DNA of 64,000 bases from Spizellomyces punctatus DAOM BR117 (lineage: Eukaryota): NCBI GenBank assembly GCA_000182565.2, contig KQ257454.1; one strand, 5' to 3'. The notes under the pieces are model-generated. The model had not been told where the DNA came from, searched no databases, and worked only from the letters and a program-made list of their open reading frames with translations. The position numbers were made by a program, and so were the translations under genes. Every line of letters begins with the position of its first letter. Within the stretch, counting starts at the first letter, position 1. This document shows positions 1-15,168 of the stretch, one piece after another.

Positions 1-895
<895 letters not shown>

Positions 896-961
896 TATGC
901 CAAAAGGTGTTGGAATTGCTCAACAGCACCTTTCCACCATTAAGTCCAATCTCAGTTACGG

Positions 962-969
962 TCACGTGA
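962..969. promoter_or_regulatory. E-box TCACGTGA in the bidirectional promoter between NUDT21 and the dipeptidase
   Basis: Palindromic CACGTG in a 168-bp divergent gap; other intergenic copies near 44675, 59104, 59116 and 61590. Confidence 0.4.
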
Positions 970-1063
970 TGAAAGGTGTGACGTTGCCTTCATCAACGAC
1001 CACCATTTGCATTCTTCGTTATCGCCCGTACCTTTTGAGCCTTTCCAGAGCTTTACTTGCTCA

Positions 1064-3095
1064 ATGGACCATACGCTGCAAGGCACGGGACCGTCTAGGT
1101 CCGAAAAAGCTTCTCTTCCCATCGCGTTTACAGATAAGCGTTCGACGTATCCTTATGCGAAGAGACGCCCCACCAGCATCTCATCACCAGCTCGGCTTGC
1201 TGCGCTCCTGACTGCTGCATTAGCGGCCATACTACTACTGCACTGCTATTGGGGACCGGGCGCTGGGGACGCTTCAGGATTCAAGCTCGCGAATGTTGCG
1301 GAGGAAGTACTGCCTTACAACGACTTTTTGGGAAGAGCAAAGCAGATACTCAAGAGGGTGCCGCTCATTGATGGGTACGCAGACGGTGGCAAATGAACGG
1401 AGAAATTGAAAGTTAAATATGGTTTTTGAAGGCACAATGATTTGCCATTTTCCTTACAGGTGAGATATCGAACGCATACGGTGACCTAAGTGGATATTTC
1501 GGAGGAGTGACAAATTATTTGGCAGATGAGGAATGGTGGTCAGATCAATGACCTCAATCTTACAGATCTGGGCTCCCCATACCATACGGGTGCGTTGCGC
1601 TGGAGGTTATGTGCTATTTTGGAAATATTTTTGAGCTGATACGGCTGCTGGTTGTAGACATGAAGCGTTTGAAATCAGGAAGGTGTGTTTTAGGCACGGA
1701 TGCAGCGTCCCTCCGATGTCATTCGTAATGTCTTACAATCATTTTAGAGTCGGGGCCCAGTTCTGGAGCGCATATGTCCCATGCTCTGATTACACAAAGA
1801 AGTCCGACGACGTCAAGTTCACGCTGGTGAGTGTTTCGAGACCTAGCCCCGGTTCCAGGAAGCGTGATCTCACATTTGTGTGTATTAGGAGCAAATTGAT
1901 CTCGTTCATCGTATGGTTGATTATTACCCTGAGGTAGATATGGTGGACACTTAGCCCAACGTCATTGCAATTGTTGAGTCGTGCCATAAATTTCAGACCC
2001 TCGAGTTTGCTCGATCTTCCCACGACATCGCTCGGATCCATAAGCATGGCCGTGTGGCATCGCTTATTGGACTTGAAGGCGGGCATCAGATTGACAACTC
2101 ACTCGGTACACTACGTCAGTACTATGATCTTGGAGTTCGCTACATGACTTTAACGCACACTTGCCATACCGCTTGGTGAGTAGTGCCTATCATGTTGGAG
2201 TACAGATTGCATTTGTTGAGGCACTTCTGAAGGGCCGATTCTTGCACCGGCGAGCCGCTTCATGGTGGATTGACGGATTTTGGGGAGAAAGTTGTCAGAG
2301 AAATGAACAGACTGGGGATGCTGGTGGACATCAGGTATTGGCTAGATTACTCTAGCTTGCGATACGAAACGGATTATAATCACAGTTTATGATTAACCCT
2401 TACCCTGGGTCACAGCCATGTGTCGCACGATACTATGCGGGACGTTCTCCGCGTGACCGCAGCACCCTTGTTCTTCTCCCACAGCTCCGCGTACGAGCTC
2501 TGCAAGATACCGAGAAACGTCGTAAGTTCCGGCCAATCGAGGATTGAATAATTCCATCGTGCCTAATTGTCATGCAACTTTGCTGGCCAGCCCGACGATA
2601 TTTTGCGACAGCTCCCCGAGAAGGATGGTGTCGTAATGGTAAGTGTCACCATAGATTGAGCCACGAGTTCATCATCCGGGTAACACCTATTTACAGATTA
2701 ACTTCTACCCGCGATTCGTGAGTTGTTCAGCGAACTCAACCTTGGAATTGGTTGCTGATCATATATCACACGTCGCTGAGGTGGCTGGGCCCGAACACGT
2801 CGGGCTGGGGAGTGATTTTGACGGGATTGACGTGGTCCCAAAAGGGTTGGAGGATGTGTCAAAGGTATGCCTGGCCATCCAGTCATATATGTCATGATGT
2901 GTAACCATATCTCCGGTCATGCAGTATCCCGATCTGATCGCTGAGCTTTTGCGCCGCGGTTTCTCCGAAAAGGAGGTGGAAGGCATTGTCGGTAAAAACC
3001 TCTTACGAATTTTGGAACGCACTGAGCAAGTTGCCAAAAAGTTGCGAGGCGAGAAGCCTGCTGAAGTGAAACTGCCCGTTAATAAAACTTGTTAG
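1064..3095 (+). CDS. Membrane dipeptidase (peptidase M19) with N-terminal transmembrane anchor
   Basis: [57 protein letters not shown] and GLGSDFDG motifs across many exons; hydrophobic [15 protein letters not shown]. Confidence 0.93.
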
Positions 3096-3459
3096 ATAGC
3101 TTAGAGCTTCACTTTGTAACATTGAATCATGAAAAGAGACACCATTTATTTTTACTGAACTGCTCCCTTCAGAAGATTTTGTACCTTCAAACGGTTTTGG
3201 CAGTTAAGAAAGCGCTAGGCAGAACTTGAGAGTGCCGTTCGGGAAGAGCGGCTTCTGGCGCCCTAGAGTGTTGGCCTTTATCAACGTTTAATCTTGAAAG
3301 TCGGGTGCTCTCGACCGCGCTGCTTCTTGCAAGCGGAAGAAAGGGTTGAAACTCAATTGAACAGTGGCCATTTCCCCTTCCTATATTATTCAATTTTACG
3401 CATACATACAGAAATGGACAGTCTAGAACAAATTCTATTAACCACTACGAAGAAACATA

Positions 3460-4883
3460 TCAACGAATAGCTGCGTTTAGTGCTTGCTCAATATCCGCAA
3501 TCAGGTCTGCGGCATCTTCTACCCCTACCGATAACCGAATCAAACTGTCCGTGACACCTAGAGCCTCTCTAGCTTCAGGTGTCAGCGATGCATGGGTCAT
3601 CACGGCGGGAAGCTCGGCCAGCGACTCTACCCCTCCCAATGACTCGGCCAAAGCAAAGATGCGCAGAGCGGATAGGAATTTATTTGAGGTCTCTAAATCG
3701 CCATCCTTCAGTCGAAAACTGACCATTCCTCCGAAACCCTTTTGTTGTCGCTTCGCAAGCTCGTGCTGTCGGTGACTCGGTAATCCTGGGTATATGACCT
3801 CGCCAACCTTTGGGGAGCTTTCCAGGTATCTTGAAATGGCCAAAGCATTTTCTTCATGGCGTTTCATACCTAGAAGTAACGAACAAATTACTTAACCTAT
3901 TCGCCTCACAGTCGCGCGTAAAACACGAGAACCCATACGCAAATGAAGTGTTTTCAGACCGCGGTTTGCCAAGAAACAATCAAACGCGCTGGGGACTCCT
4001 CCAATGGAATTTTGCAAGAACCTCAATCGATCTGCCAGGCTATCGTCGTTCGTGATAGCCACTCCCATAACAACATCGGAATGCCCGTTGATGTACTTGG
4101 TAACAGAGTGAACCACAATATCCGCTCCCAACTCCAACGGAGTTTGAAAGTAAGGGCTCATGAAAGTGTTATCGACAACGAGGATAACACCAGGTTGTGT
4201 GTGCACAATGTCCGCAACTGCTTGAATATCAACCAGTCGTAAGGTTGGGTTGGCTACGTTGAAAAATACTCGTGAGCTTCTTTTCCAACAGGTTATGTAC
4301 ATGGATTTAAAGGTACGTACTTGGAGTTTCGATCCAGACAACTTTCGTATTTGGCCTTAATGACTGTTTCAATACACTGGGATCGTACAAGTCGACAAAA
4401 TCAACTTCGATGCCATTGTGACTAGCAACCTTGGTGAAGTAACGGAAAGTACCACCGTATGTGTCGTTGACACTAATAACATGGTTTCCGCTGCCCACCA
4501 AATTCAAGACAGTTGCAGTGGTGACCGATCCTGAAGAGAAAGCGAGAGCATGCTTTCCTTTTTCGAGAGCTGCAACAGCAGTTTCGAAAGCGGCACGGGT
4601 GGGATTCCCAGAGCGAGAGTAGTCGTATCCCTTGTGAACACCAGCAGCCGACTGTGCAAACGTAGTGGATAGACTCAGGGCAGGGATGACCGCACCCGTA
4701 ATTGGGTCTATAAGGAGCCTAGTCGTCAACCCTCTGTTGCACTAAATATCACACCAAATTATCTCACATACCTGGGTCCTGGCCTGCATGTACCGCGAGA
4801 GTCCCAAAGCCACCGGCTACGTGGCGAGGTGCTCCGCTGAGGTGAGCGTCTTGCGCTTTGGAAGTGATACCGTTGACTGACAT
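3460..4883 (-). CDS. CYS3: Cystathionine gamma-lyase
   Basis: [31 protein letters not shown] lysine motif [31 protein letters not shown]. Confidence 0.95.
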
Positions 4884-4994
4884 GGAGTTAATAAGATTGA
4901 TGCGATGCAAACAATGGGTCTAAGTTCAAGTTGGTGTACTAGAAGGCGAACTTTAGTCAGCCTTATCGTGAGGGGCTTTTGCTAATGGGTCGAC

Positions 4995-5012
4995 ATTGCT
5001 ATGGCAACAAGC
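4995..5012. promoter_or_regulatory. X-box-like (RFX) palindrome ATTGCTATGGCAAC followed by AAGC
   Basis: 12/14 match to GTTGCCATGGCAAC in the CYS3/focadhesin-like divergent gap. Confidence 0.5.
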
Positions 5013-5074
5013 ACGCAATGGTGCTCATCGATTCGCATCAATTCAAATAACAAATACGCTAGCGGCGAGCGGCG

Positions 5075-8000
5075 ATGGATATACCGGAGCAGCGAAGAAA
5101 GCTACAGTCTGGGCTGCGAAGTGTCCAAAGGTCGGCAATACAGAACATAAGGGATCATCTCAGCCGGTTTCCGAGTGCTCTTTTGAAGAATAATGGTGAT
5201 CTTGTCACTCTTCTCTGGGAGGTGCTTACCCAGGCTGGCACAAACGCTTTTCTCGCCGCCGCCAGCGGAGACGCTGTGGTATACCTTGTACGCAAGGGGA
5301 GCATTGACTGGCGATATGCTATGAACGAGCTTCTAGGCCGCTTGCCCACTGTTCCTGAGCTTGCGCTGCCATTTGTCGTTCGCGCCGTTTCCCAGCTATT
5401 GTTGTTGCATGTCGAAAGTCAGGCAAATCAGGACTACCAGTGCCCTTTCGGACTGAGAGCACGGCGACCTCATCCTTTCGTGAGCATTGTGGAAACCAGA
5501 CCCGAAGGATGGGTGGACGTTCTGCAACAAACTCGTCAGATGCTGAATGTTATGCACAGTGCGACAGACCCACGCCGCACGGCATCGGTATTGCCCAATA
5601 TTATACGCATGCTTGCGCCCTTTGTGCGATACGTATGTGTGAAAACAGCACTTTCGCCACAAGAAGCAGGCCACTATCAGGGTGTTGTACTGGAGATGCT
5701 GTTGAATGCTGCAAAAAACACCAGGGACGCTAGCCAAGTATCTATTGAACTCTTACTTTCCATCTTCGATTCGCTGCCTATTATACCTGGAGATATCAGT
5801 GTAGTGCAAGCTTATCTCCTCGAGGGTTTACTAACGTTGATGAAGGAGGCAAGGAATGCCGAGAAAACGCTGTTTTTGTATCGGCTACTTCAGAACATTC
5901 TTGAGTGTCGTCACCTTGGACGGTCTGTTTCCTGGGAGTTGTCACTGTTACGATTGCTTGTAACCGAAGTCGGAATAGATCTGAGCGAGCAAAATGTGGC
6001 TTGCGTTCTCATTGCCGCACTAGCTTATTGTTTATATGACGTTCCTGAGTACGCTGAGGAAGGCGCTGAGTTAGTGGGGCTAATGTTGCATGTGGTACGG
6101 TCCGTAGAGATTGACGCTGCATCGCTGCAGTGTGTGTTGCGATCAGCTACGTTGCCTCTGCTCCAGACAGCAGCTGAGAGTTCCGACGCACCCACAAGGC
6201 GCAAAGCATTTGATTTGCTAGTGATCCTTGAACGCTCTGTGCTCAGGAAGCAACCTGCTGAGATTGCAGCTCTCCGCAAGGTAGGAATGAGGTGATCAAC
6301 ATCCATCGCTAGTCGACCGCAGTTGCTTATAGGTGTCGGAAATGTAGACCATCGAACTTCCTGCCATGCCAGCAAGTGGATCGTTTGCTGTATTGCTTGC
6401 CGATCTCCGCCTATTGCTCTTGTCATCTACTGACGAAAGCCAAATGGCTCCACCAAAGTTCAAATGTCTCAATGCAAAACTGGGCATTCTATTGTGCACG
6501 TCCTTGGTATTCCATCCAATGGAACAGACTCGAATAGCCGCGCTTTCTGATATCGTTTCGAGTGCGACACCTTTCGCATCATCATCTATGTCGATCCTTC
6601 CATTACTTCTTTACGCCCTAAAAAACGAGACCTCAGCCAAAGTCCAAGTCCACATCGTCTTGAGCGCTCTTCCTGCTCTCGTGGAGACAAATGATGTGTT
6701 TGTAACTGCAGGGGTGTTCCGGGTAGCTCAATCTCTTCTCGGTGACAATCCGGAGAATGCCACTGGAACTCTGGCATCTCTCGGAATCCGGATGATATTG
6801 GAAATTTGGAAGCGACAACCGCGGATTTGGCCTCAATTCAAAGGACATCTTATTGCATATCTTAGACGTAGGAGGTACGGCCGTCCCATGAACTGGTCCA
6901 GCGGTGGACGGTGGATTGATGAGGTGGAAATAGAACTCGCAATGGCGGCATCAATGCGGTAAGTGTTGTTCCATTGTCGGCTGCACGTCATATAGGAATT
7001 AATCAGACCGCATCAGTGACGTCTGTGCTATGAAGGCTGCCGACTGTGGGCAAGATCTGCTCCCACAGCTGTTTTCCTTGCTTCACTCCTCGGATCTACA
7101 CCCTTCGACCATCTCGTATGCGATCCAGTCCATTAACGCCTGTATCGAGGCGGACATAACGGATCCTCGAGCCGGTAATACAGTTGCGAATATACTCTTC
7201 GTGCATTGCAATAATGTTTACTTACATTCCTTGGCAGCTTGGAACGTTTTCATGAATCAGTTCGTTGACAAGCTGGGTGATACTGGTCCGGTGAACGTTC
7301 TTGTTGAGCTTTGCGAGTTCTATCGTCTGGTGGCGGTAAAGGATGAAGGTACGCTGGAGATCAGATTGACAGGGCTATGACGTTGTCGCTGACCTATTGA
7401 CGTGCAATGCTAGCGACTGATACATACATGTTGTTTAAACCCGAAATATTGGAATCGCATCTCTATCCATTCACAAAGCACGCAGCTCAGGATGTTAGGG
7501 AAGCCGCCTTTCGGGCGCTTGCATGCTTTCCTACGCCAGACCTGTTTCCACTCCTCGGGACCCCCCGCGACGTGGTTTCGGCAATCGTCTCACAAGAGGA
7601 ACCACCCTCCACAGCATCTGAGATGTTGGCGAGTCTAATCCGACATGAATGCAAGCATATGCGGCGCGCGGTTTTCAAGGGACTAGCTGCATCTGCGGGA
7701 GCTCGACTTGGCGGTGCGCTTGAAAGTGGTGCGCAGAGTCAGTTGGAAAAGGTTCTTCGAGATGTAACTGCAACTGTTCGTAGCACCTGGGAAGGAGGTC
7801 GCGCTCCAACAGGGTTACGGTCTGGGTTGGCCGGTAAGAGAGCACTTTGAAATTTCTGGATGAGGACCTTAATCATGACTAGACATGTTTCATCGCCTTC
7901 AGCTTTCGCACTGCTAAGTCCACAAAGTGATGATGCCACTCAGCCAATTAGAGTCGGAGCGAGCCTGGAGAAGATGCCTTTCTATCGCAGCCTTGCAGAT

Positions 8001-11000
8001 GCTCTTCGTGATTTATCGCTTGCTGACCACATTGTCTTGCGTATGCAAGCAGTTCCTGCCTGGACCTCGTTCTGGGAGTCATCTCTGCTGTACGTGTATA
8101 AGCAGAAATTGCAAAGAGATCAGGCCGAGACTGGCGTTACTATGGAAGGAGAGCAGGAGAAGCGAATGCGGGTCCAGCAGCTGGAAAGCATAGTTGCTAT
8201 GGCAGCCTCTGATCTTTTGCAGAAACGTTTGAGGAATTCTCGCCTTCCATCCTTGAGTGTCAACATCATTCTGGCTTTCACAGGCAGGTCACCCAATGTT
8301 CCTTTGTCTGTAGCTAAATTAAACCTTTCTTCCCATCAGGACTGGTCCTGGCGGCCTCTAGTCTCGGGTTGGTGGTCGCCCATGAAGAAGCCACCAGGGG
8401 AGTGGACTTATTACTGAAGGAATACACAGTGGATCCTACAGCAGAAAGCACAGATGCCATAGAGTTGTCCGATGCACAAAGAAACGATGATATACAATTT
8501 GCGGTCGCTCTGGCCATGGCTAACATGGTGAAGGTGCTTCCTCCAAATGATGAAAAGCGGACTCGAGCGATTCTTGAACTGCTCGTCCAAGGAGTGAATG
8601 AAGAACAACGGTAGGCGCTGGCGAAAAGACAGCTTTATATCTTCTGAAATTCACTGAGTATGGTCGCTATCGGTAGGGATGGACAAGGGTGGCACCAGTT
8701 TGCGTGCGCATTTGGTCTTCCTATAGCTGCCTTATCAACCATAACATCCTCTCCTTCTGGTGGACGTGAAGAGCTTCGTCGAGCAGCATCATTTATACTC
8801 GACAAGTCTCTCCATGCAAATATCCGACGGAGCGCAATGATGGGCTTCGCGACCATACTCCAGCCCTTGAAGGATGCAAGTGACAATAGCGCTGCGGATG
8901 TGGGTCAAATAGTGAGCGATGCTGTGGATTACTTGGAGAATTCCATATCAATATTCGAGCGTGGCATTGAGACGGAAATGGCACTCGTGGAAGGATCGGC
9001 GTGGATGGCCTCGGCGGCTGTAGCTGCAGGATTCACAAGTCCTGAACAGAGTGACAAAATTGAGGACATTCTACGAGAAGCTCTACAGTATATGGATGGA
9101 AAGGTAGGTGATCGACCTATGATTTTGGCATGGTTCGTTCCGAACGTCTCAAAAGACAAATGCACCAGCGATCGCTCGAAGGTCTATACGCGCATATCCT
9201 GCTTTCCTACACCCGTGTTATCCGAGCCCGACATGCTGCGACTTCACCAGATGCACTGGCTGCACAGCTTTCCGATCTCTCCCAAGTAACAACCAACCAA
9301 TCTGTCTTCACCTCCACCCGCATCGCGAACCTGCTAGCCATTGGCCCACTCTTGGGGATTGAATGGTGCAGCATCTCTTTCGACTCGCATGATCAACACG
9401 ACGTGGTGGCTCTACGTAGAACTATTGATACACTTCGGGCACAAGCTGTAGGGCAAGAATTCAAAGTTGCTCGCATTGCAGGATGGGTTCTGGGAATTCT
9501 TTGTTCGCAAGCCGGTAGCGAAGATGAGATTCGAAGTAGTCTCATGAATGCGGCTGGAGACACATCCCTGAGGACAAGGGATCCCCCCAATTATAGTCGG
9601 TTGCATCAGGGGTCAAGCTTCCTGAGAGCCGCATACGACACTCTTGCTGGAATGAACGGTAATATTTTGTTGATACACATACTCCACATCAGACATGTCA
9701 TTAAGCGCTTTGTTTGGCAGCTTTTAAGGTGACTCGGCAAGGCTTTCATGTCCTTCTCGATGCTTTCATTAATGTGGACATCGATCTTCCCCCTGTTGAT
9801 TGGATGCAACCGTTTTCACATCTTACCGCGTTGGACACTCGTGACCAACTGGAAAATGATGAAGAAGGCTTTGCCGCTGCATGTTATCTGTTGGCGGCCC
9901 GTCAGGCTTCAGCAACCTCAGCCAAGAGCTTTGTGGAGTACTTTGTCACAAAGCTCACAGAGATGGTTGGACGTGACGCGGGGCTATTGCCTTCTTGGGA
10001 GCGTGAAGCTTTGGTTTCGTCGGACGGGATATGTAAGCTCTTGAAGCTCGGAGGGTTGAACGAGAGCGAAGATCGAGTTGCAGGGGGATCAGAGGCTGCC
10101 AGAAGTGGACCCCTGCCCGTGGCGGTTGCATCAAGCAAAGTCCTGGAGATTTTCAAGTTGGCACTGCGCGCTGTGTTCGGAGGCCAGCATGGTACCGGGT
10201 TCACTGATGAGTTGCAGCGTGAGTTTGCATTGTCGGTCGTGCCGTTTCTTTCCACATCTGTGGATCATCAAAGTGGCATGATTAGTGTTCTGCGCAGTGA
10301 TCTAGCCAAACTGGTAATGGGTGCCTATCGGGATCTACCTCCAGATCTTTGTACTCCGAATGAGGTGGCGACTACTCGTGCGCTGGTGACCTGTATATCG
10401 GTCGACATAGAATCGATTGTGGAGCTCATCAATGAACTGCTGCCGGTAGTACCTTATGGTGTGAGCCGAGTTTGGACCCGGAAATCTTTATGGGCTGTTG
10501 GGCGAATCGTAGAAATGACAGCAATGCACGCTTCCAACCGTCCGTGGTTATCAGAGGCGCTGGAGGGGATAAGTGGTCAAAAGGCGGGAGCTGCAAGCTT
10601 GGTGCAGGTCATGCGAGAATCCTTTTCGCAACAGGATGATGCCACTCGCAGCTTTGCTGTTTGCGCAATGCTCACGGCAATACAGCATATAGTACATGCG
10701 AATGAGCGTGAAGAATGGATGCACTGGATGGTGAGGTTACTGGACGTTATGATCATGCAGTGTGCGGCGGCGGCCATGGATAAGACCGCGGGTGTATGTG
10801 ATGCAGTTGAGGTGACGTGGGCGAAAGGACTGGCAGGAATTGTACGTTTGTCATCTGGTGTAGGATTTGACACCAGCGATTCTGAGAAGGCCGAGGACGA
10901 TATATCAGATTTTATAATGAACTTCCATTGCGGAGTATGGGAAGTAATTGAATCCGAAATGATAGCCTCACTCCCGAGCCTTGTCCTTGCAAATACTTTA

Positions 11001-11305
11001 CCAGACTCGCTAAGGAGACAAGTAGGTGCCGCTAATCAACTATCATGGTGGCAAAGTTGACAATAACCGCATGATAAACTTTTCAGATCATCAAACGCCT
11101 CATTCGCCTGTTGGAATGTACTGGGGCCAACTCTACAGTTGAGGGAAAACACCAGGCAAACATGAAAACGGCGGGAATAACGCTTTCACCGCACTGCCGC
11201 GATGAAATACGAGGTGTAGTGCTGCGATTGCGAAACGGTGGCTCTGGGGGCAGTGGAAAAGAGTTGGTGCGGGATGCATGGGCGGAAATCTGGGAAGATG
11301 TATGA
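5075..11305 (+). CDS. Very large ARM/HEAT-repeat protein, probably focadhesin/RST1 (DUF3730) family
   Basis: Chain of long helical leucine-rich exons (roughly 1,800-1,900 aa) joined by short introns; the family call is from recalled similarity only. Confidence 0.55.
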
Positions 11306-11782
11306 GCTAAACATGTGCATAGTACAATGCTCTAATTTTCTATTAATAATGAAAAATGGGACCTGGGTAGAAAATTGATTTTCCGATATACAAGTGTCTT
11401 CTCTTGATATGCCTCCTATGAGTGCGGTGAGTGTTCCTTCAGGTGGTCATCTGCATTTAACATTGAGAAATTTGTTGGATCGACGCTACAATGCGACTGC
11501 TCGGATTGCAACCAAGTTGTATTTACTTGTTCCATTTTGTCGAATGTCCGCAAACGCCTGCTTGCTAAACTCTTATCGTTTTCTGTCCACAATGTTGAGG
11601 TTGCAGTGACTTTTATTACAGTATCAAAAGCTGTCCCAGCTTAGAATGCATTCCATCTTTTCCATGATCGAGATGCTACCAAACTATTTCAAACTCCGAC
11701 CAGACGCGACACGACGGGACACGAATCTGTTTTCTTTTGAGAGTCATAGTTGAATTGTCTAAACTTTTGAGATAGATTCATC

Positions 11783-13448
11783 ATGTTGAGCTCGCCGGCT
11801 CTTCCATCATCTCTTCCACCACTTCCCACTCGCGTTCCTGTTGGCGACGCTGGGCCAAGGGTAGTTACTCCCGACAATGCTACGTCCCAGAACGATGAAG
11901 AGTTTCTTGAGCTTCTAACGGGAGCCGCAAGTGGCGGGGCAATTCCTCTGCCACCAGGAAAAGCACAATCATATATTGCTATATTCGAGGATGCCTTGGA
12001 ACAACTCGCTGTATTGGGAGACATCGGGGGAGGAGGTGACGGTGCTGTGACGGGGAAAGCAGAAACCCGACCGGTGCGTGAATGTGGGTAGATCGGGTAT
12101 CTCTACTTTACGCTTGCAACCAATGTTGTTCCGATCATTACCTTTCGCTTACCTCGTGGGAATACTCTTTTAACAGCTCGGCGATCAAATCACGCGCATT
12201 CTCAAAGACCAAAGGGCGTTAGAAGCACGTTACGAGCAACTTCTCGTTGAGCAAGATAAACTTAAGAAGCTACCGAACAAAACAAAATTTAAAGAGAGTC
12301 AGATTGCCATTTTGGATGTGACAAATGAATTAAAGCAGAGCTCACAAGGTCTGTAGCGGTGCAGACTTGTGTTATTGCGTTACGTTGTCGTGGCCAACCT
12401 AGTTATTACAGTCCTAGCCACAAACCTTAAATCGCATCCCAATGTGGCCAAAAACCTTCTCAAAATACAACAAGAGCGAAGCGCATTACAAACCCTGATC
12501 GGCAGAACCATACGGGAACTGCGTGAACATCGTTTTGATAGTTTGATGAGCACCGTGGAAGAGGAGTATAAGAAACGAAATACATTGCAAGATACCATTG
12601 ATCGGTGAGAATACTATTCCGACTCTCATAAGCGCTCGTCACGTCACCTACCCAATCTCTAATGCCCATAAAGCGAGCGAGACGCTTCTCAGCTGCTTAG
12701 GTCTTTACATAAAGAATTGTCGAACGAGAAGAAGCTTTTGGAAGATGAAACTAATGACAGGAATCAAGTCATTCAGCAACTGAAGGATACCATTCAAGAA
12801 ATAAACATTCTTACCAACTCGGAGCAAAAGTACATCAAAAAGGAAACTAAAGCGCATGAGAATAGTGTACGCCAAAGATGTCAGCATGAAGAAACGAGAC
12901 TGATGGAGGACAAGTCAGTCCTCTCCAAACGACTAGAACAGGAGCAAAGAGCACACGAAAAAATTGTTGACTTTTTGACAAGACAGCGGGAGACCTTGGA
13001 AAGGCAGATTCAGGATTGGATGACTAAATATGAGGAAGATACGGAGGCGAAATCTACGGAAATCGAGACCCTCAAACAGAAAAGAAGTCAAGACCTTGAT
13101 AAATTTGAAGAGCTCTTGGCTGCGTACGAAGAGCTGGAAAAGATCGTGGAAGAAGATCGTGCAAATAAGCAACGGGAGGCGGAAAGACTCAAGATTGAAA
13201 AGCAGCGAGATATGGCAGCAAGAATGGTTCAGCGATGGTGGAGAAGAAGGCTGGAGGCGAAGAAGGTATGCTCTATTGATATAATGCATATGACAACCAC
13301 TCTAATAATTTACAACAATATACAGCAAAGCGCCAAGACCGTCAAGTCAGCTAAAGGGAAAAAGGGTGCAAAGGGGAAGGGCGGAAAGGCGACCGCACCG
13401 GGAACGGCCCAGTCCAAAACGCGGGGGAAAACGCCAACCAAAAAGTAA
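11783..13448 (+). CDS. DRC9: Dynein regulatory complex protein 9 / IQ domain-containing protein G
   Basis: Long coiled coil, IQDWMTKYEEDTE, IQ motif AARMVQRWWRR, Lys/Gly-rich tail KGKKGAKGKGGK. Confidence 0.85.
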
Positions 13449-13484
13449 AGCATAGCGAGCTTCCGCGGGAATAATAGATGGTCC

Positions 13485-14977
13485 TCAAGTACATCTGGAT
13501 ATTTCTTCCACTTTTTGCCCACAGCGGGGACATGGGAACGAGTGATCCGCCATTATACTCGTCCTGATTTGCCATGCAGTCAGTTAAACTCCGATTAACG
13601 ATAATGATGTGACGAGATAAAACTTACTTAATGCAATAATAGCAGTAGACATGTCCACAGTTTGTTCGATAAGGGGTATGTACTACAGTCTTTGGGGCGT
13701 CTTTCGCATGGCAAATCGCACAGATGTGGTCAGGGAGGTCTACAGTCACAGGGCCAGAAATGGCGCGGATAATAGTATTTTTGATGCGCTCTACATTCAC
13801 CAGAGGTACTAGGAAAAGAAGGAACTCCTACTTATATAGTTAGCAAACTGGGTGGGGGACACTGCTCCAGAATGCGGTGCGGCCTCTGGGGCACGTCCTT
13901 ACCGTAAATGCGTGCCAGACGAGTTGTCGATTCATAAACTCAAAGCTCACTTGACGCGCCATCTCCCGCCGAGTATACACTAAACGCATTCGCAGTACTC
14001 GATCCAATAACGATCGATATCTATTATGAGGCAGAGTGAGATCTTCATATACGGTCCCTTGCCAACAGCATCCAATAAATACCTTCCATTGTAGAGGAAA
14101 ACCAGAAAGTTCACTAGAGAAAGCGCCCTGTACACATTTTCCGCCTTCTGGAGATACGTCCACACACGGTTCCGCCAGTCGCGCTATCGAAGCAGCGTTA
14201 CAAAAACTTCACCATCCATTTGGCATAAACATAGAACGCACCTCCGGCTGTGCACTCCATTCATGCGTAGTTGCATGTCTATTTACTCTTATCCAGCCCC
14301 ATCGCCCGCCAATATAAAGCAAGGCATGAGCCATCTTCTGCCATTTACTGAGGGGAGCATCTATTGCGGAAACCTCCACTGCCAGATGGAAAGGGGTCCT
14401 TGGTGAGCGACTACTCATCCATGTAGCTACTCTGCGTACTTACATCTGCCAGAATGCCGTGCTTCATTCCGGTACTTTAGATTTTGCAGCTGAAGGCCAT
14501 AGGAGGCACCCATTGAATAAATAGAGAGATGGCACATCAAATATTGTAGCAGGGCGGTAAACTCGGGCTCATATTTCTCTTTGAGGGTCGGCTGTGCATG
14601 GTCCAAAACAATATAATGGTTATGAAAACGGAGAAACAAATGGTCATGGATTACGGTTTATCTACCTTGAAGAGCGAGAATATAGCAAGGAACTGTTCTT
14701 TTACGACACTGGTCAACTCTGCGTCCAAAAGTTCTGCGTCCAGCTGGCTGACCCGCAGAACATTCAGTGAGGATGGACGATATGCAGCAAGTGCTCTTCT
14801 AGCAGCAGAGACGAAAGTCTGTTCTCGTTCACTTTCTGGAACAATGGTCGAAGTCCCGGAAGCATCCCGGGTTACATTTGGACTTTGTGCCAACTCTGGC
14901 CTCGTCCAAAACTGCGAGGCATCCTCATTTGTTCTACCGCCGGATGAAACTGATGGTCCGTCAGTATCTGTTGGCAT
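13485..14977 (-). CDS. PEX2: Peroxin-2 (RING peroxin)
   Basis: LRVSQLDAELLDAEL, GASYGLQLQNLKY, RQVSFEFMNRQLVWHAFT, RING CAICH...CGHVYCYYCI...FPCPRCG. Confidence 0.93.
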
Positions 14978-15168
14978 TTAGGTGTGCTGGTCTTCAAAGG
15001 CAGATTTGGCCCTACAGTTCACGATCTACTGTGTACGAACTTGCAGTCTTAAATTACTGCCTTGCAGGATGAGTCATACGACAAGTCCCATAAAATCAAA
15101 TCCAACGACTGTTTCCCTTCATTTCATTCCCAAAAGGTCATTAAACTAGGAGACAAAACACACGTAAT

